A stretch of DNA of 64,000 nt from an uncultured archaeon (GCA_903831045.1 CAIKWG010000005.1:7743-71742), one strand, 5' to 3'. Numbered from the stretch's first letter, positions 28,591 to 38,449 are shown. The notes: generated by a model from the letters alone, not told the origin. Numbers and translations are program-made.

Positions 28591-28845
28591 TTAGGATGCA
28601 CCTGTAGTCCTAACTGGAGGAGGAGTGGGAGGGGGAGTTGGTGCAGGAACAACAGTTTTATTTGGAACCACGCTAGAATTTTTTGTTAGATTCTGTTGTT
28701 CTACCTTTGGCTTTTCAGAAGAATTAACACTAGCTTGAGAATTATTATCAACCTTAGATTTTGAGGTTAAACCAAATCCTAGAATACCAACTAGCAAAAT
28801 AACAAATAATACCAAAGCAATTGCAGTTAGTAATTTAGTTTTCAT
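28591..28845 (-). CDS. small membrane-anchored Pro/Thr-rich protein ending in ...PPPVRTTGAS
   Basis: 84 aa; N-terminal TM, low-complexity NSS/PTPPP stalk, C-terminal TGAS; ATGA overlap with the upstream ferric-reductase-like gene. Confidence 0.4.
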   Translation of the reverse strand: MKTKLLTAIALVLFVILLVGILGFGLTSKSKVDNNSQASVNSSEKPKVEQQNLTKNSSVVPNKTVVPAPTPPPTPPPVRTTGAS

Positions 28846-30128
28846 TTTATATTAAAATTTTCAAAGTAAATGTCCTTTTCTTTAATTTGATTTTTTTTGA
28901 ATTCAAAAGCTAAAGATTTCATCATAGCAGGAGGACCACATAATAGAATATCCTTCTTAGGAATATCAACACCGGCCTTGGAAATTCCTTGAAAATTTAT
29001 TCTTCCTTTCTCATCAGAGTTCCATTCAATTATTTTAATATTTTTATTTTTCTCAGCAATCTTATTCAATTCCTTGAGAAAGACCATTTCTTTTTTAGTT
29101 CCAGTACAATAATATAAATCAACTTTTTCAGAAAATCTAAGACTTCCCAGAACACTCAAAAAAGGAGTAATTCCAATTCCACCGGCCACAATAATTTTAT
29201 CTTTTTTAGAATTCAAATTAAAAAATCCCCCATAGGGACCTTCAAGTCTAACCCTGGTTCCAATTTTTAATAACTCTAAATGAGAAGTATAATCTCCAAG
29301 ACTCTTAATACCAAAAGTAATATTTTCTTTTTCAGGACTAGATAAAATGCTAAATGGATGCTGTTCATTGCCAAGCTCAGATTTATCCATTTGAACAAAA
29401 GCAAATTGCCCTGCATTAAATTTCATTTTTTTCCCAATAGGTTTCATTTCCAAAAGTGTAATCTTATCTCTCAGTTCAATTTTTACAATTCCATATTTAT
29501 ATCCTCCAAAATAAGGACGAATAAAAAGCCCATAAATATATGCCAATCCTCCGAGGATAGAAATAATAATTATATAAATTTTTAGAGCTGGATATCTTGA
29601 AATATCAGTGGTTATTAAGAAAATATGAAGAAGAGTAAATAGATAAACTGCCCCCATAAATTTATGAGACAATTTCCATCTTTGATATTTTAGCGCCATA
29701 AACATTGTAAAAACAATTAATAGTATCATTAAAACAAGTGCAATAATTCCAAAATTTACAGACCATGCTCCACTAGGCAACAGATAATTAGCAGCTTGCG
29801 CTACATTTGAAGGAACAAATTTTAAGACTAATAATAAAGGATGAAATAAAATAAGAATAAATGCAAAAATTCCAATTAAATGATGCTGAGAATACATCCT
29901 GTCTAATCCTCCAGATAATCTTTCTAGAAATTTAGAACGAGTCATTAGAACAAAACTTAATGAAAAAAGAACCATCCCGATTAATCCAAAAAGTTGTCCA
30001 AGACTATGCGTTGCAATGCCATAGCTAGAAAAAGTAGGAGTATAATCTCGCACAACTAACCAAATAAAAAAAGTAAGCAATGACAATGCTAGAGCCAACA
30101 TTAACCCGAAATTAAATTTGCTTTTCAT
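28842..30128 (-). CDS. ferric-reductase-like transmembrane oxidoreductase (FRD heme domain plus FAD/NAD(P)-binding FNR-like domain; NOX/MsrQ-related)
   Basis: 6-TM N-terminal domain with conserved His positions; C-terminal HPFSILSSP (FAD RxYS-like) and IIVAGGIGITPF (NAD-binding GGxGxxP). Confidence 0.7.
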   Translation of the reverse strand: MKSKFNFGLMLALALSLLTFFIWLVVRDYTPTFSSYGIATHSLGQLFGLIGMVLFSLSFVLMTRSKFLERLSGGLDRMYSQHHLIGIFAFILILFHPLLLVLKFVPSNVAQAANYLLPSGAWSVNFGIIALVLMILLIVFTMFMALKYQRWKLSHKFMGAVYLFTLLHIFLITTDISRYPALKIYIIIISILGGLAYIYGLFIRPYFGGYKYGIVKIELRDKITLLEMKPIGKKMKFNAGQFAFVQMDKSELGNEQHPFSILSSPEKENITFGIKSLGDYTSHLELLKIGTRVRLEGPYGGFFNLNSKKDKIIVAGGIGITPFLSVLGSLRFSEKVDLYYCTGTKKEMVFLKELNKIAEKNKNIKIIEWNSDEKGRINFQGISKAGVDIPKKDILLCGPPAMMKSLAFEFKKNQIKEKDIYFENFNIK

Positions 30129-30969
30129 TGTTAATATAGGACATAAAATTATTATAATCCTTTTTATTTAATTCTGAATCAATAGTATAAACAGCATATT
30201 TTTTCATCTTGCTGATTATTTTTTCTCTTTCTTTTTTAGAAGATACAAAAACAACACTTGCGAATAAATCTGCCTCAAGTAAAGTTTTTGCTACAACAGT
30301 TACAGAAATTAAATCTTTTTTATTAAGAATATGGCTTTGAGAATAATCTTCCCAGAATTGGTTATAATCACCAGAAGTTGCAATAGCACGATTTTTAATT
30401 CTTAAAACAAAAGGAATCTTTACTCCTTCTCTCGGAGACATTATTCCAACTCTCTCAGCATATTTTCCATAGCATAACAAATCCCCCCTCAAATCAATAA
30501 AAAAAGATTTTACTCCTGCTTTTTTTAAAAAATATGAAATTCTATCTCCAATATATCCCTTTGCAACACTTCCAAGATCAATCATTGCATCTGAAGAATT
30601 CAAAATAACTTTTTTACCTTTAATTAGAATATCTCTATAGGAACAATTTATTCTAGACAAATTTTTTCCTTGCTTCCTTTCTAAAATGTTCTTACCCAGA
30701 GAGATATCATAAGCTCCTCTGCTTATCTTACAATATTCAAGTGATTTTTTTAAAACTTCTAAAAGTTCTGGAGAAACATCCTTCTTACGATGTTTATTCA
30801 AGAGAGATAGTTCACTATAATCATCAAAGAAATTGAATATTTTAACAAGTCTTACTAATTCTTTGAAAACATCTTCCGAGATAATATCCGAAATTTCCTT
30901 TTCCAAATTGTAGAGAACTAGTTTTACATTTCCTCCCATTATTTCATATACATATTCATTAGATTTCAT
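30112..30969 (-). CDS. apbE: ApbE-family FAD:protein FMN transferase
   Basis: 285 aa; SVAKGYIGDRI...IDLRGDLLCYG and ATSGDY motifs typical of ApbE; 17-nt overlap with the FRD gene. Confidence 0.65.
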   Translation of the reverse strand: MKSNEYVYEIMGGNVKLVLYNLEKEISDIISEDVFKELVRLVKIFNFFDDYSELSLLNKHRKKDVSPELLEVLKKSLEYCKISRGAYDISLGKNILERKQGKNLSRINCSYRDILIKGKKVILNSSDAMIDLGSVAKGYIGDRISYFLKKAGVKSFFIDLRGDLLCYGKYAERVGIMSPREGVKIPFVLRIKNRAIATSGDYNQFWEDYSQSHILNKKDLISVTVVAKTLLEADLFASVVFVSSKKEREKIISKMKKYAVYTIDSELNKKDYNNFMSYINNEKQI

Positions 30970-30999
30970 TATAATTAGTATCCTTCTTCATTAAAAGAA

Positions 31000-31614
31000 T
31001 TATTCTTTTTTTTCCTTTTTAGAAAATATTCTAGCCAGATGATAAACAGATCCAAAAACAATAATTCCAGGTAAAAGTGCTAAACCCAATCCTGGAATAA
31101 GTAAGCTCGTTCCAATAGCTCCAACAGTTCCAGCACCAACTGTCTCAAGTACTTTTACTGCAGCGGGAACACTTTGCTCAACATTTCTTTGAAGAGCATC
31201 AATCTGCATCACCATCTTACCTTTTTTAAGAATTTTAACTTTTTTATCCTCTTCAGATACAATTACTACAAGATTATCTCCAATAGCAGCACTAAACGCA
31301 GCACTATGTCTAGTACCAAAATCTTTCAGAGTTTTTTTAGATTTAATCATTACTCCATAGGCTTCAACAAAACCATTACAATCAATGATTACAGCACCAT
31401 CCATAAGTGCGAGAGATTCAAGAAGTTTCAAATTTTCAACTGCCCTAAATGGAGGAACAGACTGATTAATTAATGGTTTATATTCCACCTTACCAACTAC
31501 AAAGAGAGCTCCTTCTCCACGTTTAGCAACTCTAAGTGCAACCTGAATTAAAGCTTCTTCAATTTTCTTAGTCGCACATTGAATAGGTTTTTTAGATTTT
31601 TTATTGAGTTTCAT
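31000..31614 (-). CDS. dacZ: diadenylate cyclase (DAC/DisA_N domain; archaeal DacZ-like c-di-AMP synthase) with C-terminal TM
   Basis: DGAVIID and GTRHSAAFSAAIGDNLVVIVSEE match the DAC DGA and GTRHRAA motifs. Confidence 0.7.
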   Translation of the reverse strand: MKLNKKSKKPIQCATKKIEEALIQVALRVAKRGEGALFVVGKVEYKPLINQSVPPFRAVENLKLLESLALMDGAVIIDCNGFVEAYGVMIKSKKTLKDFGTRHSAAFSAAIGDNLVVIVSEEDKKVKILKKGKMVMQIDALQRNVEQSVPAAVKVLETVGAGTVGAIGTSLLIPGLGLALLPGIIVFGSVYHLARIFSKKEKKE

Positions 31615-31667
31615 AAAAAGTCAAGATAATTTAGAGTTATAAATTTAACGAATTACAGATTCATACT

Positions 31668-31970
31668 TTAAATTTCGGAACATTCCCCACGATAATAAGC
31701 CCATTCTTCACATTCGCTTCCATTCTTAAAAATACAATAACCAACCTGCCCTCCATCCTCGGAAGTTCTAATATCTAATCTTCCCCCATTAACAAGACAG
31801 TTGCTAGATGCAGGATTAGCAATTTGAGAGTTAATTTCCGTAGAATCCATTAATAGTTTATCTAAAACATTTATTTCGTTTAATAATTTTAAAACTCCAG
31901 CAAAAATAAGAAGAATAATGAGCAATGTCAAAAATGCAACTAAAACTTTTTCTGTGTTTTTCATATACAA
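31668..31970 (-). CDS. secreted DUF333 (putative hemolysin-like) domain protein
   Basis: NPASSNC..GG....GGQVGYC.F.NGSECEEWAYYRGEC matches the conserved Cys/Gly/Trp pattern of DUF333. Confidence 0.5.
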   Translation of the reverse strand: MYMKNTEKVLVAFLTLLIILLIFAGVLKLLNEINVLDKLLMDSTEINSQIANPASSNCLVNGGRLDIRTSEDGGQVGYCIFKNGSECEEWAYYRGECSEI

Positions 31971-32057
31971 GTAAGGAATAGGATATTTTTAAATTTAACA
32001 ATTTAACAAATTAGTGAAGCTTAAAAAGTGAAAGATTTTAGTTTTATTATATACTAA

Positions 32058-32130
32058 AGCCCCATAGTACAGCGGTCAAGTACGCGAGCCTCTGAAGCTT
32101 GCAACCCAGGTTCGAATCCTGGTGGGGCTA
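32058..32130 (+). tRNA. tRNA-Gln(CUG)
   Basis: AGCCCCA-TA-GTAC-AGCGGTCAA-GTAC-G-CGAGC-CTCTGAA-GCTTG-CAAC-CCAGG-TTCGAAT-CCTGG-TGGGGCT-A; all stems pair, with one G-U. Confidence 0.85.
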
Positions 32131-32146
32131 TGTTCAAAGGCCTAAA

Positions 32147-32866
32147 ATGAAACTAGAAAATATATTCAAACAACCAAAGCCAATAATAGGCATGATTCAT
32201 TTGGCTGGAGAAACTTCTAATCAGAAGTTGAAAAGAGCACTAGAAGAATTAGAAATTTATGAACAAGAAGGAATTGATGGAGCGATAATTGAAGATTATC
32301 ACGGAGATATTATAGATGTGGAAAATGTTTTAAGAGCTTCTCAAAATAAAACAAACAATCTAATTTTAGGTGTTAATGTTCTAAGAAATCCCTATCTTGC
32401 ATTTGAATTAGCAAATGACTATGGTGCGAAGTTTGTCCAGTTTGATAGTGTGCAAGCACCAAACATAAATATAAACATTTACAATCAACTAAGAGAAAAA
32501 TTTCCAAACATTGCTGTTCTTGGAGGAATTGGATTTAAGTATATCCCTCCGACAGGAAATTCATTAGAAGTAGATTTAGAAGAAGGAAAATCAAGATGCG
32601 ATGCAATTGTAACTACAGGAACCGGTACCGGAATTGAAACTCCCTTAAATAAATTAAAAGAATACAAAAATATACTAAAAGATTTTCCTTTGATTGTAGG
32701 AGCAAGAGTTAATGGAAATAATGCATACTTTCAATTAAGAATTGCGGATGGAGCTATTATTGGAAGCTATTTTAAAAAAAATAACAATACCAATTTACCC
32801 ATTGATAAATCCAAGGTACAACAAATAATTGGCATGAGAAAATATGCTCTAAAAATGTCACATTAA
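32147..32866 (+). CDS. BtpA/SgcQ-family TIM-barrel protein (start set at MKLENIF, because the ORF-track TTG start at 32099 overlaps the tRNA)
   Basis: IIGMIHLAGE... N-terminal motif and overall length (about 240 aa) typical of BtpA family. Confidence 0.45.
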   Translation: MKLENIFKQPKPIIGMIHLAGETSNQKLKRALEELEIYEQEGIDGAIIEDYHGDIIDVENVLRASQNKTNNLILGVNVLRNPYLAFELANDYGAKFVQFDSVQAPNININIYNQLREKFPNIAVLGGIGFKYIPPTGNSLEVDLEEGKSRCDAIVTTGTGTGIETPLNKLKEYKNILKDFPLIVGARVNGNNAYFQLRIADGAIIGSYFKKNNNTNLPIDKSKVQQIIGMRKYALKMSH

Positions 32867-33880
32867 TAATATCTTTCTTTCTTTTTTCTCTTTCTAATCT
32901 TCACAATTATCCAAAGAATAACCCCTAATCCAATTAAAACAAAAATAATAATACCAACAGGACTTGCTACAGCATTACCAAGAACAGCAAAACCAGTAAT
33001 GCCTTTAGCATTAACAGCAGTATTATTTTTCAAATTTTCTTTATTAATCGCATTATTTACTGAAGAATTTAAAAGTGTTAGAATTCCACATGTTTGACTT
33101 TCCAAAGGAACAATCCCTAGAGGCTCACAAGCATTTGCAGAATAATTACAAACTCTAGTTTGTTGATTATTAACACAAGAACTCCAAGAAGTGCAAACCC
33201 ATTTAGTTGTACAAAGTCCACTTCCTCCTCCGCCTCCACCACCAGAACTTCCTCCACCAGAATCTCCTCCAGAAGAAGTAAGACTATAAGCTCCAAATTT
33301 AGTAAAATGATAAGTCCAGATAATTAAATCAGTTCCATCATCAATATAACATTCACGAGATGCCAAACTCCCAGAAGAATTTGAAGTTGCATCACTACAT
33401 AAAGAAATTGCATAAGTTCCAGTTGAATCAGACCACAATGCTTTCTTTCCAGTCATTTTTCCTAGAGTAACCTTAACTGCCTTACTAAAATTTAATCTTT
33501 GAGTGGAACCAAGTTCAATAACAGTTTCAACTGTTCCCAGATCACTAGCCAGAGTGGTTATCTTAGGTAATTCTAAAAATCCGTTCCATGTTGAATTTCC
33601 AGAAATAACAGTTCCATAAAATATTACTGCAGTATAATTATTCGTTGGAGTTTCTCTTTCAAGAATAATATCTCCGATTAAAGAACTTATATTATTTTGA
33701 GTTCCATTAGTCATAATTGCAGACATATCTAAATTAATTGTTTTATTAGAAGCAATAGTGGAATTGATAATAATCTTTTCAACAGAAGAACATCCCTCAT
33801 TCAAAAGAATATCCGAAGTATCAGCCCAAACAGTTAAATTCTCTTCTTTAGCACATTGCTGTGTTGAATTTAAAACATTA
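32863..33880. repeat. about 1 kb C-terminal module duplicated (about 80-85% nt identity) in the neighbouring surface-protein gene at 36201-37170
   Basis: long colinear nucleotide similarity read directly. Confidence 0.6.
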
Positions 33881-36111
33881 ATTATCACTGTTGCATTCAC
33901 AGTTCCATTTTTAGCACTAATTAAAGCAGTTCCAGCAGCAATAGCACTAACAAGCCCAGTTGTACTATTAACACTAGCAACGGATGAATCATTTGTAGTA
34001 TAATCAATTGTAACATTAATAGAATCATCAAATTGATCAAGACTTGTAACATTCAATTGTAAGTCATGTCCAGCAGTAATTGTAGAAGTATTAGGAGAAA
34101 TACTCATTGTTTTTAAAAAAGATGCGATATTTGAAGTTAATCCAGCTCTTCCAAGTTTCCATTGAATCCAATCAGAGCTACCAATGTCTGCATTATCTGA
34201 ACCAAGAAAATATATTTGATAATTTCTTCCACTTTTAACCACCGACGGCATCCATACACTTTTATCTCTCCAGGCTACTCCCTCAGAAGTTGTGAATAAA
34301 GTTTGCACACGAGTCCAACTAATCCCATCTGTAGAATTTGCATAACCTATTCCATTCAAAGCCTGATATGTTGTATCATTACCTCCAGAATAAAATGCTT
34401 CCCAATCTGTTGGACTATTCTTAATAACTTTGAACCATCCTATATGTTGATTATCAAACGATACTCCATCTAAAGTTCCTGCAAAAATAGGGGTTGCATA
34501 ACCAACAGAAGTTGGATCATAACCCGTCCAGTTATAACCGTTAGCTGAAAAAGCCATAACAACTAGTTCATTTGATGAATATGGAGTAGCTTCCCATTGA
34601 ACATTTGCGTATATTCTAAATTTCCAGTCTGTTCCACTGTTAGATGCTTCAGAATTATATACAACATCTGCAATACCATAATTTACTCCGGTAAGAGCAC
34701 TAAACACAGAGGGCCCGAATTGACTAACAGCTATATGATTATACCAATTAATTCCATCTGGAGATTCTGCATATCTCCATCCTTCTATGCTATGACCATC
34801 TAATCCCTGATACCAGATACGATAATTCATTGTAAGTGCACTTGGATTTGCACCTTGATTTGCTCCGGTAAATCCAATCTCATAATATTTTACATTTGAA
34901 TGATATTGTGCATCAGAAATTATTGGATTATTATCATATTCTGCCCAAATTATACCATCAGAAGATTGAGCCAGATTAATAGATGCAAAATCATTACCTG
35001 CATAATATAATTTATAATTTAAATTATCTTTAATCACATAGGCTTGATCAGGAAGAAGTGTAGAAAATACTGGAGACGAAGATTCATTGAGAGTGAAATG
35101 TTCAACTACTGGAACTGAGGTTGACATACCCACAGAATAATTTCCAGTAGAATCTCTTCCCTGAAAATACATTCTCCATAGTCCATCATCATCCATTATA
35201 TAACCATTATAGGTTCTATCAGTTCTCCATGAAACCCCATCGTCTCGATTAAATACTGGATTTGTACTATACTTTGTAAAATTTATTCCATTATGAGAAT
35301 ATGCCATACCTATTGCTTGATTATTATCTGTTGCTCCTGCACTATAAGTCATAATATAATTATTTCCTGATTTGAAAACATAAGGACTTATAGCTCCAGC
35401 ACTACTTTCCCAAGATTGAGGATTATTAACAGACAATATATCCTGTGCAACTCCCGTCCAATTAATTCCATTAGTTGAAGTATAATATTGAATTATGGCA
35501 TTGCCTTGGTCTCCATAACCTTTCCAAGTATTATTACCTTCGTATAAAACAGACAATCTATAAAATGCACCAGGCCAAGGATATGTGTTCACTCCAGTTG
35601 TGCTTGCAACAAATGTCCAATTTATTCCATTATCAGAAACTGCAATCTTTGGATTTTCAACCCAACCGTCTGCAGCATCAGTATAATAAGCCACTAATTT
35701 TTGAGAATAATAATTTTCACCAAGAGTCCATCCATCAGAATTATAGTACACAGTAAATTTATATGGCTGACTTGCAGTTGTTCCACTAACTATTATTCCA
35801 GGAAATTGTGCATCATTAAAATCAGCATATGTACTATTGGTATATCTAGCATTCTCACCATCTCCATACCACATGTTATACATTCCATCAATTTTAATTA
35901 CATAAGGCTGATAGGCACGATCTACTCCCGACGTAGGTCCACCAAATAAAGGATTGCCAGCAGCTTCTGTAAAATTAAATGAGAGCACATCCGATGCAAC
36001 AATATGAGAATTAAAAATAATACTTACAAGAATAATAACTCCTACAAATACATTTAAGATTATATTTTTTTTTAGTCCAACTATACCTCTATTTTCAACT
36101 TGATTTACCAT
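32863..36111 (-). CDS. large surface protein: signal peptide, BNR/Asp-box beta-propeller region, Big_2 Ig-like domain, shared C-terminal module, Gly-rich linker, Cys-rich knot, PGF-CTERM-like TM anchor
   Basis: 1082 aa; seven SxD/NGxxW Asp-box-like repeats; C-terminus ...GITGFAVLGNAVASPVGIIIFVLIGLGVILWIIVKIRKRKKKERYY. Confidence 0.7.
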   Translation of the reverse strand: MVNQVENRGIVGLKKNIILNVFVGVIILVSIIFNSHIVASDVLSFNFTEAAGNPLFGGPTSGVDRAYQPYVIKIDGMYNMWYGDGENARYTNSTYADFNDAQFPGIIVSGTTASQPYKFTVYYNSDGWTLGENYYSQKLVAYYTDAADGWVENPKIAVSDNGINWTFVASTTGVNTYPWPGAFYRLSVLYEGNNTWKGYGDQGNAIIQYYTSTNGINWTGVAQDILSVNNPQSWESSAGAISPYVFKSGNNYIMTYSAGATDNNQAIGMAYSHNGINFTKYSTNPVFNRDDGVSWRTDRTYNGYIMDDDGLWRMYFQGRDSTGNYSVGMSTSVPVVEHFTLNESSSPVFSTLLPDQAYVIKDNLNYKLYYAGNDFASINLAQSSDGIIWAEYDNNPIISDAQYHSNVKYYEIGFTGANQGANPSALTMNYRIWYQGLDGHSIEGWRYAESPDGINWYNHIAVSQFGPSVFSALTGVNYGIADVVYNSEASNSGTDWKFRIYANVQWEATPYSSNELVVMAFSANGYNWTGYDPTSVGYATPIFAGTLDGVSFDNQHIGWFKVIKNSPTDWEAFYSGGNDTTYQALNGIGYANSTDGISWTRVQTLFTTSEGVAWRDKSVWMPSVVKSGRNYQIYFLGSDNADIGSSDWIQWKLGRAGLTSNIASFLKTMSISPNTSTITAGHDLQLNVTSLDQFDDSINVTIDYTTNDSSVASVNSTTGLVSAIAAGTALISAKNGTVNATVIINVLNSTQQCAKEENLTVWADTSDILLNEGCSSVEKIIINSTIASNKTINLDMSAIMTNGTQNNISSLIGDIILERETPTNNYTAVIFYGTVISGNSTWNGFLELPKITTLASDLGTVETVIELGSTQRLNFSKAVKVTLGKMTGKKALWSDSTGTYAISLCSDATSNSSGSLASRECYIDDGTDLIIWTYHFTKFGAYSLTSSGGDSGGGSSGGGGGGGSGLCTTKWVCTSWSSCVNNQQTRVCNYSANACEPLGIVPLESQTCGILTLLNSSVNNAINKENLKNNTAVNAKGITGFAVLGNAVASPVGIIIFVLIGLGVILWIIVKIRKRKKKERYY

Positions 36112-36200
36112 CTTTTTCCTCTTCCTTTAAAAAATAGAAGATAATGAAGAGTATATATATTTTTGCTGTTTACAAAAGTGGTTAAAAAATTAATAATTTC

Positions 36201-37170
36201 TTACTTTTTGCTTTTTTTACTTTTCTTTTTCTTAGAAACCTTAACAATTATCCATATAATAATTCCCAACCCAATTAGAACGAAGATTACGATACCTACT
36301 GGACTTGCTACAGCATTACCAATTACTGCAAAACCAGTAATTCCTCTTATATTGGATTCTGAATGTTCTGTTGCAGGTAAGTCTTCTGCTACAGGATTTA
36401 CTATGTTCTCTGCAAGAATACAAGTTTGATTTTCAAGAGGCTTAACTGTTGTTGGTTTACAGCTAGTTAAAGAATAATTACATGTTCTGGTTTGAACTCC
36501 GTCTACACAAGAATTCCAATTAGTACAATTCCATTTAGTTGTACAAAGTCCTCCTCCGCCTCCACCACCAGAACTTCCTCCGCTAGAACCTCCTCCAGAA
36601 GAAGTTGGAGTATAAGCTCCGAATTTAGTAAAATGATAAGTCCAAATAATTAAATTAGCTCCATCATCGAGATAACATTCTCCAGAAGCCAAACTTCCAG
36701 AAGAAGTGGAGGTTGCATCACTACATAAACCAATCGAATATGTTCCGGTTGAATCAGACCACAATGCTTTCTTTCCAGTCATTCCTCCAAGAACAACTTT
36801 AACAGCATCACTAAAGTTTAATCTTTGAGAAGAACCCATTTGAATAACAGTATTAACTGTTCCTAAATCACTTGTAAGAGTGCTAACTTGAGGTAATTCT
36901 AAAACTCCATCCCAAGTTGAATTTCCAGAAATTACAGTTCCAGAAAAGATTGTAGCAGTATAATTTACAGAAGTTGTTTGTCTTTCAAGAATCATGTCAC
37001 CTCCAACACTCACATTTGAGCTAGATAAAAGTGCAGACATATCTAAATTAATTTCTTTATCAGAAGCGATAGTTGAAGGAATGATTATCTTTTCAACTGC
37101 ACTACTTCCACTATTAAAGACAATATCAGAAGTATTTGCTCCAACAGTTACATTTTCATCCTGAGCGTAT
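36201..37170. repeat. second copy of the duplicated C-terminal surface-protein module
   Basis: see 32863-33880. Confidence 0.6.
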
Positions 37171-37979
37171 TGTTGATCAGATTCAATGATAGTTAAAACA
37201 ATATTAGCAGTCTGGGAATTTCCAGCAGCATCAGTTGCAATGATTATTAATGTGTGGGAACCAATTGAAAGAGCAGTTGCATTTGCAATAAATCCTTGAG
37301 AAGTTATGTTAAAATTAGGATTGGCATTAATAGATAATGTTACACTCTCACTAACATCAATTAAATCATATGATAAACTTTGATTATTATAAGCAGTTAG
37401 ATTATTCGCTTTTGTAAAACTCGGAGCTGTTTTATCAATATTAGTAATAGTTACAGTTGTTGAATTAGAATTCCCAGCAGCATCAGTTGCTGTGAATGTA
37501 AAATTTCCGTTTGTTGTAAAAGTATGAGATGCTGCATTTAATGTTCCTTCATTTGTTGTAGCAGTCACAGTTATACTTTGATTTGTAGGATTACGATTAT
37601 AACTTCCAATGGTGATTGTTGGAGCTGTTTTATCAACAGTTAAATGCAGTTCTGTATTCTCTCCGGAAGTAAAAGTAGAATTTTCATTTGAGTTAATTCC
37701 ATCAATTTTAAAAGAAACAACTTTTCCATTGTCAGAACTTGTCCCAGAAACACTTATCACATAAGAAGAACCATTTACCAAAGCAGAAGCAACATAAATT
37801 CCATTAAGATAAGCAGAAACATTTGCCCCTTCAGGAGCATTAACATTCCCTTCACTTTGAATTAATTGAACATTTCCATGAAACATATGGGGCATAGACG
37901 GAGTCCCCCCCAAAATCAAAGCAAAATTAAAAATTATTAAAATTCCAAATAGAACATAGAGTTTTTGATGTTTTTCCAT
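36201..37979 (-). CDS. surface protein: signal peptide, Ig-like (TAPT-type) domains, same C-terminal module, Gly-rich linker, Cys-rich knot and PGF-CTERM-like anchor as 32863-36111
   Basis: 592 aa; ends ...IRGITGFAVIGNAVASPVGIVIFVLIGLGIIIWIIVKVSKKKKSKKSKK. Confidence 0.7.
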   Translation of the reverse strand: MEKHQKLYVLFGILIIFNFALILGGTPSMPHMFHGNVQLIQSEGNVNAPEGANVSAYLNGIYVASALVNGSSYVISVSGTSSDNGKVVSFKIDGINSNENSTFTSGENTELHLTVDKTAPTITIGSYNRNPTNQSITVTATTNEGTLNAASHTFTTNGNFTFTATDAAGNSNSTTVTITNIDKTAPSFTKANNLTAYNNQSLSYDLIDVSESVTLSINANPNFNITSQGFIANATALSIGSHTLIIIATDAAGNSQTANIVLTIIESDQQYAQDENVTVGANTSDIVFNSGSSAVEKIIIPSTIASDKEINLDMSALLSSSNVSVGGDMILERQTTSVNYTATIFSGTVISGNSTWDGVLELPQVSTLTSDLGTVNTVIQMGSSQRLNFSDAVKVVLGGMTGKKALWSDSTGTYSIGLCSDATSTSSGSLASGECYLDDGANLIIWTYHFTKFGAYTPTSSGGGSSGGSSGGGGGGGLCTTKWNCTNWNSCVDGVQTRTCNYSLTSCKPTTVKPLENQTCILAENIVNPVAEDLPATEHSESNIRGITGFAVIGNAVASPVGIVIFVLIGLGIIIWIIVKVSKKKKSKKSKK

Positions 37980-37987
37980 TGTATATT

Positions 37988-38449
37988 TTAGTGTTTATTA
38001 TTTTTAAAACCTTTTGATTTTTTTCTCTTAAGAGAAACCACCAAAAGAATCACCAAAATAAGAATTATTAGAATAATCCAATAAATCCAATTACTTTTTG
38101 TTTTTTTAATACTTAGATTAGTTTCAACTATATTGCCAGATTTAAATTCAAAAGATTGATTAGTAAATATATTATCCACATAAAGAGAAATTTCTTTTCC
38201 TTCTCCTTCAGAACTTGCAATAGTCAGGATATAAATTCCTTCTTCAGTAAGGGTATATTCTTTAATTGTAAAATTATCTATTTTAGCACTTACAAGAGTT
38301 CCAGTCGGAGCAAGTTTTTCATTAATAGAAACTTGACCTTGAATGATGGTTGGAAGTCCAGGCATATCTGCAGCATAAACTAAACTAGTAAAACAAATTA
38401 AAGTTAAAATCAAAAGAGGAAAGAATTTCATTTTAAGCTCCTGAAGCAT
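37988..38449 (-). CDS. small secreted protein with C-terminal TM anchor and basic tail
   Basis: 153 aa; signal peptide, beta-rich body, WIYWIILIILILVILLVVSLKRKKSK anchor. Confidence 0.45.
   Translation of the reverse strand: MLQELKMKFFPLLILTLICFTSLVYAADMPGLPTIIQGQVSINEKLAPTGTLVSAKIDNFTIKEYTLTEEGIYILTIASSEGEGKEISLYVDNIFTNQSFEFKSGNIVETNLSIKKTKSNWIYWIILIILILVILLVVSLKRKKSKGFKNNKH

Noticed and set aside
32099-32146. ORF-track start of the BtpA-like gene at TTG 32099
   Set aside because: That start overlaps the 3' half of tRNA-Gln (32058-32130). The ATG at 32147 just downstream gives a protein beginning MKLENIF with the conserved GMIHL motif at the usual distance.
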